A stretch of 64,000 nt of DNA from Myxococcota bacterium (GCA_046734815.1 JBKPRZ010000179.1:1960-65959); one strand, 5' to 3'. Positions 33,215-44,880 are shown, counted from the stretch's first letter. Made by a program: numbers and translations. Notes: generated by a model from the sequence alone, not told the origin.

Positions 33215-34148
33215 AACGCGCCGGCTGGCGCTGCTGGCATTGAAGCTGGTGGTCACCGGCACCTTGATCGCCTGGGTGTTGTCGCGCGTGCAGGTGCGGG
33301 AGCTGGCCGGCAACCTGCGGGCCAGTCTGGGATGGTGGCTCTTCGCGGCGCTGCTGGTAGGGGCCGTGAACGTGACGCTGACGGCGGTGCGCTGGCGGCT
33401 GATGCTGGTGGCGCTGGGCGCCTCGCTGCCGCTGCGGCGGGCGGTGGCGCTGCTGTGGGCGGGGATGTTCTTCAACGCGTTCTTGCCGTCGGGGATGGTG
33501 GGCGATGCCCTGCGGGGCGCCTGGACCGCCCGGGCGATGGACGGAGCGCGGGCCTACTGGTCGGTGCTGCTGGACCGGGTGGCGGCACTGGGCGCGCTCA
33601 CCATCCTGTGCGCGATCGGACTGGCGCTGCCGCACGGGCGGGCGCTGGCGGCCGCCCCCACCCTGATGATCGCCTGCGCGGTGCTGGGGCTACCGGCGCT
33701 GGCCACCCTGGCGGCGCCCGAGCAGATCGCGCGCCTGGCCGCCCGGGTGGGCGGGGCGCGCGTGCGCCGGGCGCTGGAGGGCCGGATCACCGATCCCCCG
33801 GCAGCGGGACCACGCCTGAAGGCGGTGTTGCTGGCCGGGGTGGTCCATCTGATCATCGTGCTCGATGTCGTGTTGATCGCGCGGGCCGCCCGGCTGCAGC
33901 TGCCCTGGACGGTGTTGCTGGTCGTGGTGCCGGCGATGCTGACGGCGGCTTACGTGCCGGTGTCCATCTCGGGCATCGGCGTGCGGGACGTGGCCATGGT
34001 CGAGCTGCTGGGGCAGGTGGGCGTGCCGCCGGCGGGGGCGCTCACCGTCTCTTTCCTGGTCCTGGGGCTCTCGTTCCTGCTCAGCCTGGTGGGCGGGCTG
34101 GTGTACCTGGTCGAGCGCGGCCGGCATGCCGCCCCGCCGCCACCCTGA
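33192..34148 (+). CDS. flippase-like membrane protein (UPF0104 / lysylphosphatidylglycerol-synthase TM-region family)
   Basis: 318 aa with about 8 TM helices and the signature FLPSGMVGDALRG. Overlaps the reductase gene by 23 nt. Confidence 0.75.
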   Translation: MSVLPTGRTRRLALLALKLVVTGTLIAWVLSRVQVRELAGNLRASLGWWLFAALLVGAVNVTLTAVRWRLMLVALGASLPLRRAVALLWAGMFFNAFLPSGMVGDALRGAWTARAMDGARAYWSVLLDRVAALGALTILCAIGLALPHGRALAAAPTLMIACAVLGLPALATLAAPEQIARLAARVGGARVRRALEGRITDPPAAGPRLKAVLLAGVVHLIIVLDVVLIARAARLQLPWTVLLVVVPAMLTAAYVPVSISGIGVRDVAMVELLGQVGVPPAGALTVSFLVLGLSFLLSLVGGLVYLVERGRHAAPPPP

Positions 34149-34151
34149 CCG

Positions 34152-34951
34152 TCAGCCCTCGACGATCTCGCCCGAGAACACGCGGTGGCTCTGGCCTGCC
34201 GCGTCCCTCAGCAGAAGCGCGCCCTCGTCGTCGACGTCCACGGCCAGGCCCTGCAGGGACCCGCCCGGGCGATCGACCCGCGCCGGGCGGGGCAGGGCGG
34301 CCAGGGAGCGCCAGGTGGGCAGGAAGCTTCCCGCTCCCTCGGCCAGGGCCCGGTCGTAGGCCGGCTCGAAGCGCTCGAGGATGGCGGCCAGCAGGGCGCC
34401 GCGGTCCTGCGGCTGACCGGTGGCGAGCCGCAGCGACGTCGCCCGCCCGGCCAGCTCGGCCGGGAACCCGGTCGCGTTCACGTTCACGCCGATTCCGACG
34501 ACCACGTGTTTGATGCGGTCGCGCTCGGTGGCCATCTCGGTCAGCACGCCGACCAGCTTGCGCGGTCCGGAGGGATCCTCCAGCAGCAGGTCGTTGGGCC
34601 ATTTCAGCCGCGGCGACACCCCGCGCGCCTGCAGCGCCTGCGCGATGGCCACGCCGGTCAGCAGGGTCAGGGGCGGCAGCTGCCAGGGGGGACGTTCGGG
34701 CCGGAGCAGCAGCGAGACGTAGAGGTTCTCGCCGGGCGGCGAGTGCCAGCTGCGTCCCATCCGCCCGCGCCCGCCCGTCTGGGTGTCGGCGACCACCACC
34801 AGGCCCTCCGGGGCTCCCTCCCGCGCGCGGGCGGCGGCCCGATCGTTGGTGGACTCGCACACCGCGTGCGCCTCGTACAGCCGCCCCATCCGGGTGGTGC
34901 GCAGCAGCGCCCGCATCCGGTCGGGCTCGAGGTCGGCGGGGAGGGCGGTCA

Positions 34952-34952
<1 letters not shown>
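34152..34952 (-). CDS. birA: biotin--[acetyl-CoA-carboxylase] ligase, class I (no HTH)
   Basis: 266 aa with the GGRGRMGRSWHSPPGENLYVSLLL biotin-binding loop. The start shares one base with the nadC stop. Confidence 0.9.
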
Positions 34953-35827
<875 letters not shown>

Positions 35828-35852
35828 GGCGCCCAGCTTATCAGCCGCGGGC

Positions 35853-36536
35853 TCAGACCACCGCCGAGCGCGGCATCAGGCTGGACATCCAGTCCTCGAC
35901 CGGCCAGCCGCGGTTGCGGGCGGTCTTCTTCAGCCGCGGGTCCGGGTTGACCGCCACCCGGTGGGTCACCCGCTCGAGCATCGGCAGGTCGGTGAACGAG
36001 TCGGTGTAGAACCAGCTGGCGCCGACGTCGATCGCGTGGCTGCGCCCCAGGCTCTCGGCCCAGTGCACCTTGCCCGAGCCGAAGCAGGCCGGGCCGCGCA
36101 GCTGGCCGGTCAGCTTGCCGCGCTGGACCTCGAACTCGGTCGCCCCCACCGCCTGGACCGACAGCGCGCGCGCGACCGGCTCGACGATGTAGCGGGGCGA
36201 GGAAGAGAGCAGGGCGAGCACGTGGCCGCTCTCGCGGTGGCGCTCGACCGCGCGCAGGCCCGCCGGCAGCAGGCGCGGCAGGACCTCGTCCTCGACCAGC
36301 CGCTGGCACTGCTCGGCGAAGTCGTCCTCGGTCTTGCCGCGCAGGAAATCCGCGACGTGCGCGGTGATGGTCGGCAGGTCGACGATGGCCAGCCGGTACT
36401 TGGCCAGCCAGCTCAGCGCCCGCAACGCCTTGGCCAGCGAGATCTCGCCGCGACGCCGCAGATCCCGCAAGAAAAGGCGCCCCGTGTTGCAGGCCACAAG
36501 GGTGCAGTCCAGGTCGAAAAAGGCGGCGACATTCAT
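35853..36536 (-). CDS. HAD-IB family hydrolase (SerB-like)
   Basis: Start at [13 protein letters not shown] (DxDxT motif I). SSSP (motif II). [11 protein letters not shown] (motif IV). The track ORF extends spuriously to 37100. Confidence 0.8.
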   Translation of the reverse strand: MNVAAFFDLDCTLVACNTGRLFLRDLRRRGEISLAKALRALSWLAKYRLAIVDLPTITAHVADFLRGKTEDDFAEQCQRLVEDEVLPRLLPAGLRAVERHRESGHVLALLSSSPRYIVEPVARALSVQAVGATEFEVQRGKLTGQLRGPACFGSGKVHWAESLGRSHAIDVGASWFYTDSFTDLPMLERVTHRVAVNPDPRLKKTARNRGWPVEDWMSSLMPRSAVV

Positions 36537-36653
36537 GACTTGCCCGGATGAAGCTAAGCTTCCGCTCTTCATAGTACCATCCGGGAACATCGGCTGTTTG
36601 GGCCAGTGATTGACTGTGCCGATGGTGCGCGCTATCAACGGGGCCCAACACGG

Positions 36654-37211
36654 ATGCGAGTCACGGGCGGGACCGATCGGGGGAGGAAAATCCGAACGCC
36701 GCGCAGCAGCGGAACGCGCCCGACAGCCTCCCGGGTTCGCGAGGCCATCTTCAACATCCTCGGCCCGCCGCCCGAAGGACCCGTGCTCGACCTGTACGCC
36801 GGCACAGGTGCGCTGGGCATCGAGGCGCTGTCGCGCGGCGCTCCCCGCGCCGTGTTCGTGGAACGCGACGGGCGGGCACTGGGCGCGCTGGCGCGCAACC
36901 TGCGCGACCTGGGGCTGTCGGAGCGGGCCACCGTGCTGGGCACCAACGTCCGGGCGGCCCTCGCCCGGCTGGACACCGAGCAGCCGTTCGACTGGGTGTT
37001 CATCGATCCGCCCTACGCGACGCCCGAGGCGGAGCGCTCGCTGGCCTCGCTGGCGGGCAACGACCTCCTGGCTCCCGGTGCGGTGGTGATCGTCGAGCAC
37101 GACAAGCGTCAGCTGCCCCCCGACTCGGTGGGCGACCTGAAGCTGGTCAACCGGCGCATCTACGGCGACACCGGAGTGTCCTTCTACCGCCGGACGACCG
37201 GTCTTGTCTGA
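36654..37211 (+). CDS. rsmD: 16S rRNA (guanine966-N2)-methyltransferase
   Basis: MRVTGG...RPTASRVREAIFNIL, LDLYAGTGALGIEALSRGA, FIDPPY. Confidence 0.85.
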   Translation: MRVTGGTDRGRKIRTPRSSGTRPTASRVREAIFNILGPPPEGPVLDLYAGTGALGIEALSRGAPRAVFVERDGRALGALARNLRDLGLSERATVLGTNVRAALARLDTEQPFDWVFIDPPYATPEAERSLASLAGNDLLAPGAVVIVEHDKRQLPPDSVGDLKLVNRRIYGDTGVSFYRRTTGLV

Positions 37212-37239
37212 CGGGCGGCCAGCCGGCGCGCCCGGCCTG

Positions 37240-37731
37240 GTGGCGATCTACCCCGGTTCGTTCGACCCGATCACGAACGGGCACGTCGACATCCTGCGGC
37301 GCTCGCTGCAGCTGTTCGACCGGGTGATCGTGGCCATCGCCGAGAACGTGCGCAAGCAGCCGCTGTTCTCGACCGCCGAACGGGCCCAGATGGTGCTGCA
37401 GAGCCTGGGCGCCGAGCCGCGGGTGGAGGTGGACTCGTTCACCGGGCTGCTCGTCGATTACGCCCACCGCCGGGGTGCGCGGGTCATCGTCCGCGGGCTG
37501 CGGGCGATCGCCGACTTCGAGTACGAATTCCAGTTCGCCCACATGAATCGCCATCTGGCCCCGGACGTCGAGACGCTGTTCCTGATGACCAGCGACGACA
37601 GCTTCTACGTGTCCTCATCTCTGGTAAAAGAGGTGGCGGCCAACGGGGGCGACATCTCCCGCATCGCCCCCCCGGCGGTGGTCCAGGCCTTGAAGAAGAA
37701 GTTCAAGAAGGTGAGCGGAAAAGAGCAATGA
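37240..37731 (+). CDS. coaD: phosphopantetheine adenylyltransferase
   Basis: IYPGSFDPITNGHVDIL. GTG 37240 gives the canonical short N-terminus. The ORF opens at TTG 37204, which is an alternative start. Confidence 0.9.
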   Translation: MAIYPGSFDPITNGHVDILRRSLQLFDRVIVAIAENVRKQPLFSTAERAQMVLQSLGAEPRVEVDSFTGLLVDYAHRRGARVIVRGLRAIADFEYEFQFAHMNRHLAPDVETLFLMTSDDSFYVSSSLVKEVAANGGDISRIAPPAVVQALKKKFKKVSGKEQ

Positions 37732-38924
37732 GACTGGCGAAGCGGCTGAGCGTGATCGAACCATCGATGACCCTGAAGGTGTCGGCCAAGGCGGCCGAGC
37801 TGAAGGCCAAGGGTGTCGATGTGGTCAGCTTCGGAGCGGGCGAGCCCGACTTCGACACCCCGGCGCACATCAAGGAAGCGGCCAAGAAGGCGCTGGACGC
37901 CGGCGCCACCAAGTACACCCAGGTCGAGGGCACACCGCAGCTGCGCAAAGCCGCGGCGGCCTGGTTCAGCAAGGCCCATGGCCTGGACGTCTCGCCCGGC
38001 GAGGTGATGGTCAGCGCGGGCGCCAAGCAGGTCATCTTCAATGCCTTTCACGCCGTGCTGGACGAGGGGGACGAGATCATCCTGCCGGCCCCGTACTGGG
38101 TCAGCTACTCGGAGATCGCCAAGCTCGCCGGTGCGAAACCGGTGCCGGTGGTGTCGCGGCCGGAGGACGGTTTCGTCGTCAATCCCGACGCGGTCGCCAA
38201 GGCCATCACCCCGCGCACGCGGATGATCCTGGTGGTCTCGCCCTGCAACCCCACCGGCGCGGTGTACGACGAGAAGACCCTGCGCGCGCTGGCGGATCTG
38301 GCGGTCAAGCACGACCTGTGGATGCTGACCGACGACATCTACCGGACGCTGATCTACGGAGACGCCCGCTTCGTCCAGCCGGCCACCTTCGGTCCGGAGG
38401 TGCGCAAGCGGACCATCATCGCGGACGGGGTGTCCAAGGCGTTCGCGATGACCGGGTGGCGCATCGGCTTCGCGATGGCGCCTCCGGCGGTCATCGAGGC
38501 CATGGGCACCTTGCAGGGGCAGTCGACCACCAACGCGGCCGCGGTCAGCCAGGCGGCGGCGCTGGCGGCGATCGAGGGTCCCACCGACGAGCTCGAGAAG
38601 ATGCGGACCGAGTTCGACCGCCGCCGGCGCTACATGGTCGACGCCCTGCGGGCCATCCCGGGGATCAAGTGCACCGAGCCGCGGGGCGCGTTCTACGCCT
38701 TTCCGGACCTGTCGGCCTTCAACGGCCGCAAGACGCCGGCCGGCAAGGTGATCGATGGCGACCCGTCGCTGTGCGAGTACCTGATCGAGGAGGCGCGGGT
38801 GGCGGTGGTCCCTGGATCCTCCTTCTACGCACCCGGTTTCGTGCGGCTGTCGTATGCCACCTCGCAGGCGAACATCGAGAAGGGCGTGTCCCGCATGGGG
38901 CAGGCCCTGGCCAAGCTGGTCTGA
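37728..38924 (+). CDS. class I pyridoxal-phosphate aminotransferase (aspartate aminotransferase-like)
   Basis: 398 aa. SPCNPTGAVY, SKAFAMTGWRIGFA (PLP lysine). ATGA overlap with coaD. Confidence 0.9.
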   Translation: MRLAKRLSVIEPSMTLKVSAKAAELKAKGVDVVSFGAGEPDFDTPAHIKEAAKKALDAGATKYTQVEGTPQLRKAAAAWFSKAHGLDVSPGEVMVSAGAKQVIFNAFHAVLDEGDEIILPAPYWVSYSEIAKLAGAKPVPVVSRPEDGFVVNPDAVAKAITPRTRMILVVSPCNPTGAVYDEKTLRALADLAVKHDLWMLTDDIYRTLIYGDARFVQPATFGPEVRKRTIIADGVSKAFAMTGWRIGFAMAPPAVIEAMGTLQGQSTTNAAAVSQAAALAAIEGPTDELEKMRTEFDRRRRYMVDALRAIPGIKCTEPRGAFYAFPDLSAFNGRKTPAGKVIDGDPSLCEYLIEEARVAVVPGSSFYAPGFVRLSYATSQANIEKGVSRMGQALAKLV

Positions 38925-40125
38925 TCGTTCGGCGGCGCTGGCCGGCCTGGGCGCCACCGCCCTGCTGGCCTGTGCCGGCCCGGGCCTGAGCCCGGTGGGC
39001 ACGGCCGCGCCGGCGGCAGCTGTGGCCTGCGGCCCGGGCGTCTCCGGGGCGGAACCGGAGGCGCTGGGCTTCGCCCTGGCCTGGCTGGACCCGGCGGTCC
39101 CGCGCGATCTGGACGCCCTCGACGCCTGGGTGGCCCAGAAGGGCGCCCCCACCGCCGCCGTGCGCGTCGATCCGCCGGAGGACAGCGGGCTGGCCGGTCT
39201 GACCGGGCCGTCGCGCTGCCCGGGGCTCGAGCCGAGCCGCGTCTCGATCGAGGGCGAGCCGCCGCGCCTGCGGACCGCGCCAGCGACGCCGCTGGAGGCG
39301 GAGCAGGAGGCCACGGCCCGCGGTCTGTTCGCCGCTGGCCGATTCCCGGAGGGTCGGGCGGCGTGGCAGGAGGCCGCTCGCCGGCAGCCGGTGCCGGTGC
39401 CGGCGGGCGGGCTGGGGGTGGCCGCCAGCTACGCCGACGAGGAGCGCTGGGCGGAGGCGCTGGCCGCCTACCAGGACGTGGCGGCTCGTTTCCCCTGGAG
39501 CCCCGAGGCGCAGGCCGGACTGGGGCGGGCCCTGCGGGCCTCGGACCGGCGGGTCGAGGCGGTCGATGCGCTGTCGAAGGCGCTGGCGCTGCGGCCGCGC
39601 GCGCCGGCGGTCCGGGCGCTGGTGGCCAGCGACGCCTTCGCCGAGCTGCACCCGGTGCTGATACCACCCGCCACCCGGCTGGAAGCGAACGGGGCCACCC
39701 GCTGGGTGCAGATGACGGCCGAGGACCGTGATCCCAAGGACCCGATGGTGATCGAGGAGGCGGCGGTGTACGCCCGCTGCAAGGAGGCCTTCCGCGGCTC
39801 GGCCGATCTACGCCGGGCGGCCACCGGACGCGAGCTCGCCAGCTGGCTGTGGACGCCGGCCGAGGAGAGCGTGTGCGCGGCGCTCTGGCTGCGCAGCTAC
39901 CTGCGCCACCGCGGGCAGGGTCGGGCCGCCCACGCCGGCCTCGACGCGCTGGAGGAGATCGCGCGCGGCGGGTTCCTGGAGGAGCGCGCCCTGTACGACC
40001 TGGGCGCCTGGGTGCACGTCGGCGCCCCGCTGCTGCTCGACCGGGAACGCCGGATCCGGCTGTACACCTTCGTGGAGAAGTTCCGGGTCAGCCCACGGCG
40101 CGATGCCGGCTGGCTGTTTCCCTAG
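38854..40125 (+). CDS. probable lipoprotein with TPR-like repeats
   Basis: Lipobox ATALLAC. TPR-like helices (RGLFAAGRFPEGRAAWQEAA, EERWAEALAAYQDVAARFP). The only canonical start is ATG 38854, which overlaps the aminotransferase gene by 71 nt, so the start is uncertain. Confidence 0.55.
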   Translation: MPPRRRTSRRACPAWGRPWPSWSDRSAALAGLGATALLACAGPGLSPVGTAAPAAAVACGPGVSGAEPEALGFALAWLDPAVPRDLDALDAWVAQKGAPTAAVRVDPPEDSGLAGLTGPSRCPGLEPSRVSIEGEPPRLRTAPATPLEAEQEATARGLFAAGRFPEGRAAWQEAARRQPVPVPAGGLGVAASYADEERWAEALAAYQDVAARFPWSPEAQAGLGRALRASDRRVEAVDALSKALALRPRAPAVRALVASDAFAELHPVLIPPATRLEANGATRWVQMTAEDRDPKDPMVIEEAAVYARCKEAFRGSADLRRAATGRELASWLWTPAEESVCAALWLRSYLRHRGQGRAAHAGLDALEEIARGGFLEERALYDLGAWVHVGAPLLLDRERRIRLYTFVEKFRVSPRRDAGWLFP

Positions 40126-40146
40126 GAGCAGACCAGATAACAGCGC

Positions 40147-41544
<1,398 letters not shown>

Positions 41545-41760
41545 CCGATCGAGATCGCGACCTTGCTGCTGGTTCACACCCGCCGAACGCACCCTAATGA
41601 CCCGGCTACCAACGTGAGGGACAGTACAAGCCTGTTTTCAGTGTCGCATTTTTGGCCGGACAGGGTCAACTCCCGGCGGGGTGGCACGAATGGGGACGCT
41701 CTGCGCAGGTGGACGCCCCTGTGCTTGATTCCCCTGGCCAGCGTTGCATAGATAGACGGG

Positions 41761-43500
41761 ATGGTTGACCCGGTCTCCACGCTTCTCCTGGCGATCGAGA
41801 GGGAGACGGCGTTGCTGCCGGCGGGGAAGCTGTTTCCCGTCCGACCGAGCGCGCGGCTGCCGGAGCGGCTGGCGGAGGCGTGTGGGCGGCCCATCCCGGG
41901 TGGGGTATCGGCGTTCTTCTCGCGCTACGACGGAGGTGTATTCGCGCGCGAGGTGCGGCTGTTCTCGTTCGACGAGAGCCTGCGCCTCAAGCGCGACCCC
42001 AGGCGCTCGGGTGAGCTGAAGGGGCTGTGGCCCATCGTCGAGCGGCATGGCCGCCTGTTCGCCCTCGACGCGGAGTGCCTGGGTCCGGACGGCGAATGGC
42101 CGGTGGTGGAGCTGGCGGACCGCAGCGTGGATCGTGCGGGCAGCACCTTCCTGCGGTACCTGCATGCGCTGCTCGCGGACATGTCGCCGGATCCGTCACT
42201 CACCGACGCCGGCCGCGCCGAGGAGCGGTGCCGGCGCGATCCCGCGCTGGCCGAGCACTGGGTGGACTGGGTCGAGCTGCTGGACCGCGCCGGCCGGCTG
42301 GAGCAGGCCGACGAGGTGCTGTTCGAGGGCCTTCGTAGCTCCAACCCGCTGGGGCCGGCGCTGCTGATGGTGGCCGGGCTGCGGGCGGTGGACCGCGGCG
42401 ACCGGGATGCGCTCGAGCGGGCGATCCAGGACGCGCTCGAGCTGGAGCCGCTGACCGCGCGGGACGACGACGCCCGCCTGGACGCGGCGGCGGTGGCACT
42501 GGTGATCGCCCAGGAGCAGGGGGCCCGGGCGGCGCTGGCCAAGGCCCGCGAGCTGCTGGGCAGCGCCGCTTCGTCGACCGGGGCCTACTGGCGGGGCGAG
42601 ACCATCCGCGCGCTCGCCTCGTCACGGAAGGCGCGCGCCGAGCTGGCGCTGTCGGTGGTGCAGTCGCTGATCCCCGACGACCTCGACGTGACCCGGCTGC
42701 GCGCGCCCGCGGGGCTGTCGATCGATGGCTTGCTGGCGCTGGTGCGCGGGCGGGACGCGCTGGACCGGGGCGAGCTGGACGAGGCCTTGCCGGCGGCGCG
42801 CGCGGCGGTGGCCGATCTGCCCGAGCTGGGCCTGGCCCACGCGCTGCTGGCCGAGGTGCTGAACGCGCGTCGCGAGCGCGGCGGGCTGGAGGCGGCCCGG
42901 CGGGCGGCGGATCTGAACCCGGCGCTGATCGAGGCGTGGCGGGAGCTGGGCGACGGCTATCTGGAGCAGCGGCAAGCGGCCAAGGCCGAGGAGGCCTACC
43001 GCGAGCTGTGCCGGCGCGACCCGGGCAGCGGGCTGGGGCTGGCAAAGCTGGCCCAGGCCCAGCTGGAGCAGGGACGCACGCGCGAGGCGCTGGAGACCGT
43101 GGAGAACGCGGCCGAGCGCGGGGGCGACGTCTTCTTCGTCAACGCCGTCCGCGGCGACGTGCTGGCCGAGATGAGCCGGCACGTGGAGGCGGCGGAGGCG
43201 TACGACCAGGCGCTGGTGGTCGAACCCGAGGACCACTGGGCCCTGCACCAGGCCGCGCTCGAGCACAGCCGCGCCGGCAACAACGATCGGGCGATGGAGC
43301 TGTTCGAGCGCGCCATCGCCTTCGATCGCGAGGGCTGCCACCAGACCCTGGTGGACTACGCGGACCTGATGCGCCGGCAGGGCCGCATCGGCGATGCCGT
43401 CCGTCTGTACCGACGGGCGGTGGCGGCGGTGCCGAACGACCCCGAGTGGCGCCAGGTCCTGCGCGAGGCCGAGCGCGAGCTGCAGTCGGCGCCCAACTGA
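41761..43500 (+). CDS. SUKH (SMI1/KNR4)-like N-terminal domain fused to a long TPR array
   Basis: 579 aa. N-terminal LPERLAEACGRPIPGGVSAFFSRYDGGVF...LFSFDE resembles SUKH. The C-terminal two-thirds are TPR-like (AWRELGDGYLEQRQAAKAEEAYRELCRRDP etc.). Confidence 0.8.
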   Translation: MVDPVSTLLLAIERETALLPAGKLFPVRPSARLPERLAEACGRPIPGGVSAFFSRYDGGVFAREVRLFSFDESLRLKRDPRRSGELKGLWPIVERHGRLFALDAECLGPDGEWPVVELADRSVDRAGSTFLRYLHALLADMSPDPSLTDAGRAEERCRRDPALAEHWVDWVELLDRAGRLEQADEVLFEGLRSSNPLGPALLMVAGLRAVDRGDRDALERAIQDALELEPLTARDDDARLDAAAVALVIAQEQGARAALAKARELLGSAASSTGAYWRGETIRALASSRKARAELALSVVQSLIPDDLDVTRLRAPAGLSIDGLLALVRGRDALDRGELDEALPAARAAVADLPELGLAHALLAEVLNARRERGGLEAARRAADLNPALIEAWRELGDGYLEQRQAAKAEEAYRELCRRDPGSGLGLAKLAQAQLEQGRTREALETVENAAERGGDVFFVNAVRGDVLAEMSRHVEAAEAYDQALVVEPEDHWALHQAALEHSRAGNNDRAMELFERAIAFDREGCHQTLVDYADLMRRQGRIGDAVRLYRRAVAAVPNDPEWRQVLREAERELQSAPN

Positions 43501-43636
43501 CCGCCAGCTGACCCCGGCGTCCTCGTCGGGCTTGGGCACAACCAACCGCCGGCGTGATCGCGCTCCGCCGGAGCGTGCGCCGTGTTCGTCGGGCGTGCAG
43601 GTGCGGATCGTTGGAAGGGCAGGAGGAGCCAGCCCG

Positions 43637-44299
43637 ATGAGCACAGCCCCGATCTCTCATCGTGGTCGTTCCCGATCGCCGTCGGTGCTGATCGCCGCCG
43701 CGCTCGCCATCGTCCTGGTCGGCGCGCTGGCGGCGCTGCTGGCCTGGCCGGCGCCAGGAAAGCCGGCATCGATGAATGCCCCTGCGCCCGGAGGGGAAGG
43801 CGATCCGCAGCTGGCCGCCATGCAGGACGAGATCCGCATGTTGCGGCGCCGGCTCGATCTGCTGTCGCGGCAACCACCGGCCACGACGGCGGCGGCGAAA
43901 TCCGACCAGACCTCCGCGGGGCCGCCGCCGGTCCCGCTGACCCAGGAGGAGGTCTCGGCCCGTGACCGCCGGCGCTTCGAGGGGCTGGCCACGAAGCTGG
44001 CCGCCGAACCGGTGGACGCGCGCTGGGCGCCGGCGACCGAACGCCTGATCGCCGACACGCTCGGCAAGCCCGAATTCAAGGGGAGCAAGCTGCTGGCCAG
44101 CACCTGCCGCTCGACCCTGTGCCGGTTCGAGGTCGGTCACGATGACGAGAAGGCGCGCCGCCGGTTCAGCAGCAGCTTGCCGAACCGCTTGCCGTCCCTC
44201 CCTTCGGGGTCGATGCGAAACGCCGAGGGCAGCGACCCCCGGACCATCGTGTATGTCGCGCGGGAGGGCCACCGGATCCCGCGCGACGATCCGCAATAG
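43637..44299 (+). CDS. hypothetical N-terminally membrane-anchored protein
   Basis: ATG 43637 lies 10 nt after AGGAGG. TM helix VLIAAALAIVLVGALAALLAW. Short coiled segment (MQDEIRMLRRRLDLL). C-terminal domain of about 110 aa with CRSTLC. No family recognised. Confidence 0.65.
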   Translation: MSTAPISHRGRSRSPSVLIAAALAIVLVGALAALLAWPAPGKPASMNAPAPGGEGDPQLAAMQDEIRMLRRRLDLLSRQPPATTAAAKSDQTSAGPPPVPLTQEEVSARDRRRFEGLATKLAAEPVDARWAPATERLIADTLGKPEFKGSKLLASTCRSTLCRFEVGHDDEKARRRFSSSLPNRLPSLPSGSMRNAEGSDPRTIVYVAREGHRIPRDDPQ

Positions 44300-44332
44300 C
44301 CGGCGGCGGTTCACATCGACAAGGAGAAACAG

Positions 44333-44857
44333 ATGAGGCGAGCGAGGTTTGGTTTACTGGGAATCACCGCTGTGCTGGCCGTGCTGCTGTTCGGCGCGCG
44401 TGCCAGTGACGCCGGCGATCAGAAGATCTTCCCCGGATCGTTCTGCCAGCAGAGGGAATACGGCACCAACGCCCTGAACTTCAGCCTGGGCGGCGGGCAG
44501 CTGGCCATGGAAGCCCCGAACGACGGCAACGCGGGTGGCGACGTCTCCTGCCCCATCCTGCGCGACAACGAGGCGAACACCAACGGGTTCAAGTTCTTCG
44601 CCTGGGTGTACGACTTCTGGGGCGAGAACGGCGACCACGACCTGGAGAAGGTCATCTGCTCGGTCGGCATCCGCAAGTCCGACGGCAGCGGCCAGCTGGA
44701 CTGGGAGACCCGCTCCACGGGCGTCGAGCAGACCGGCATGGTCAAGCTGGACTGGGGCAGCTCGCTGGCCACCGGCGAGGCGTTCGCGGTCTATTTCATG
44801 GACTGCTTCGTCCCGACCTACTCGCACATCTCCAGCTACCGCATCGACGAGCCCTGA
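44333..44857 (+). CDS. hypothetical secreted protein with four cysteines
   Basis: AAGGAG Shine-Dalgarno 7 nt upstream. Signal peptide ...LLFGARASDAG. Mature protein of about 147 aa, rich in N/D/G/F/W. Native-looking GC3 codon usage. No family recognised. Confidence 0.75.
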   Translation: MRRARFGLLGITAVLAVLLFGARASDAGDQKIFPGSFCQQREYGTNALNFSLGGGQLAMEAPNDGNAGGDVSCPILRDNEANTNGFKFFAWVYDFWGENGDHDLEKVICSVGIRKSDGSGQLDWETRSTGVEQTGMVKLDWGSSLATGEAFAVYFMDCFVPTYSHISSYRIDEP

Positions 44858-44880
44858 GCGGCGCGGGCGCGGACGGCGGA

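Noticed and set aside
38825-39667. 280-aa and 310-aa Pro/Arg/Ala-rich minus-strand ORFs opposite the TPR lipoprotein gene
   Set aside because: The composition is almost entirely P/R/A/G and there is no start context. The plus-strand frame has a lipobox and TPR-like helices.
41735-41748. TGGCCA-GCG-TTGCA upstream of the SUKH-TPR gene, resembling a sigma-54 -24/-12 element
   Set aside because: The GG to GC spacing is two nucleotides shorter than the TGGCAC-N5-TTGC consensus. The element would sit only about 12 nt from the ATG, leaving no room for a leader or Shine-Dalgarno. The nearby TGGCAC at 41682-41687 lacks a TTGC at the correct distance.
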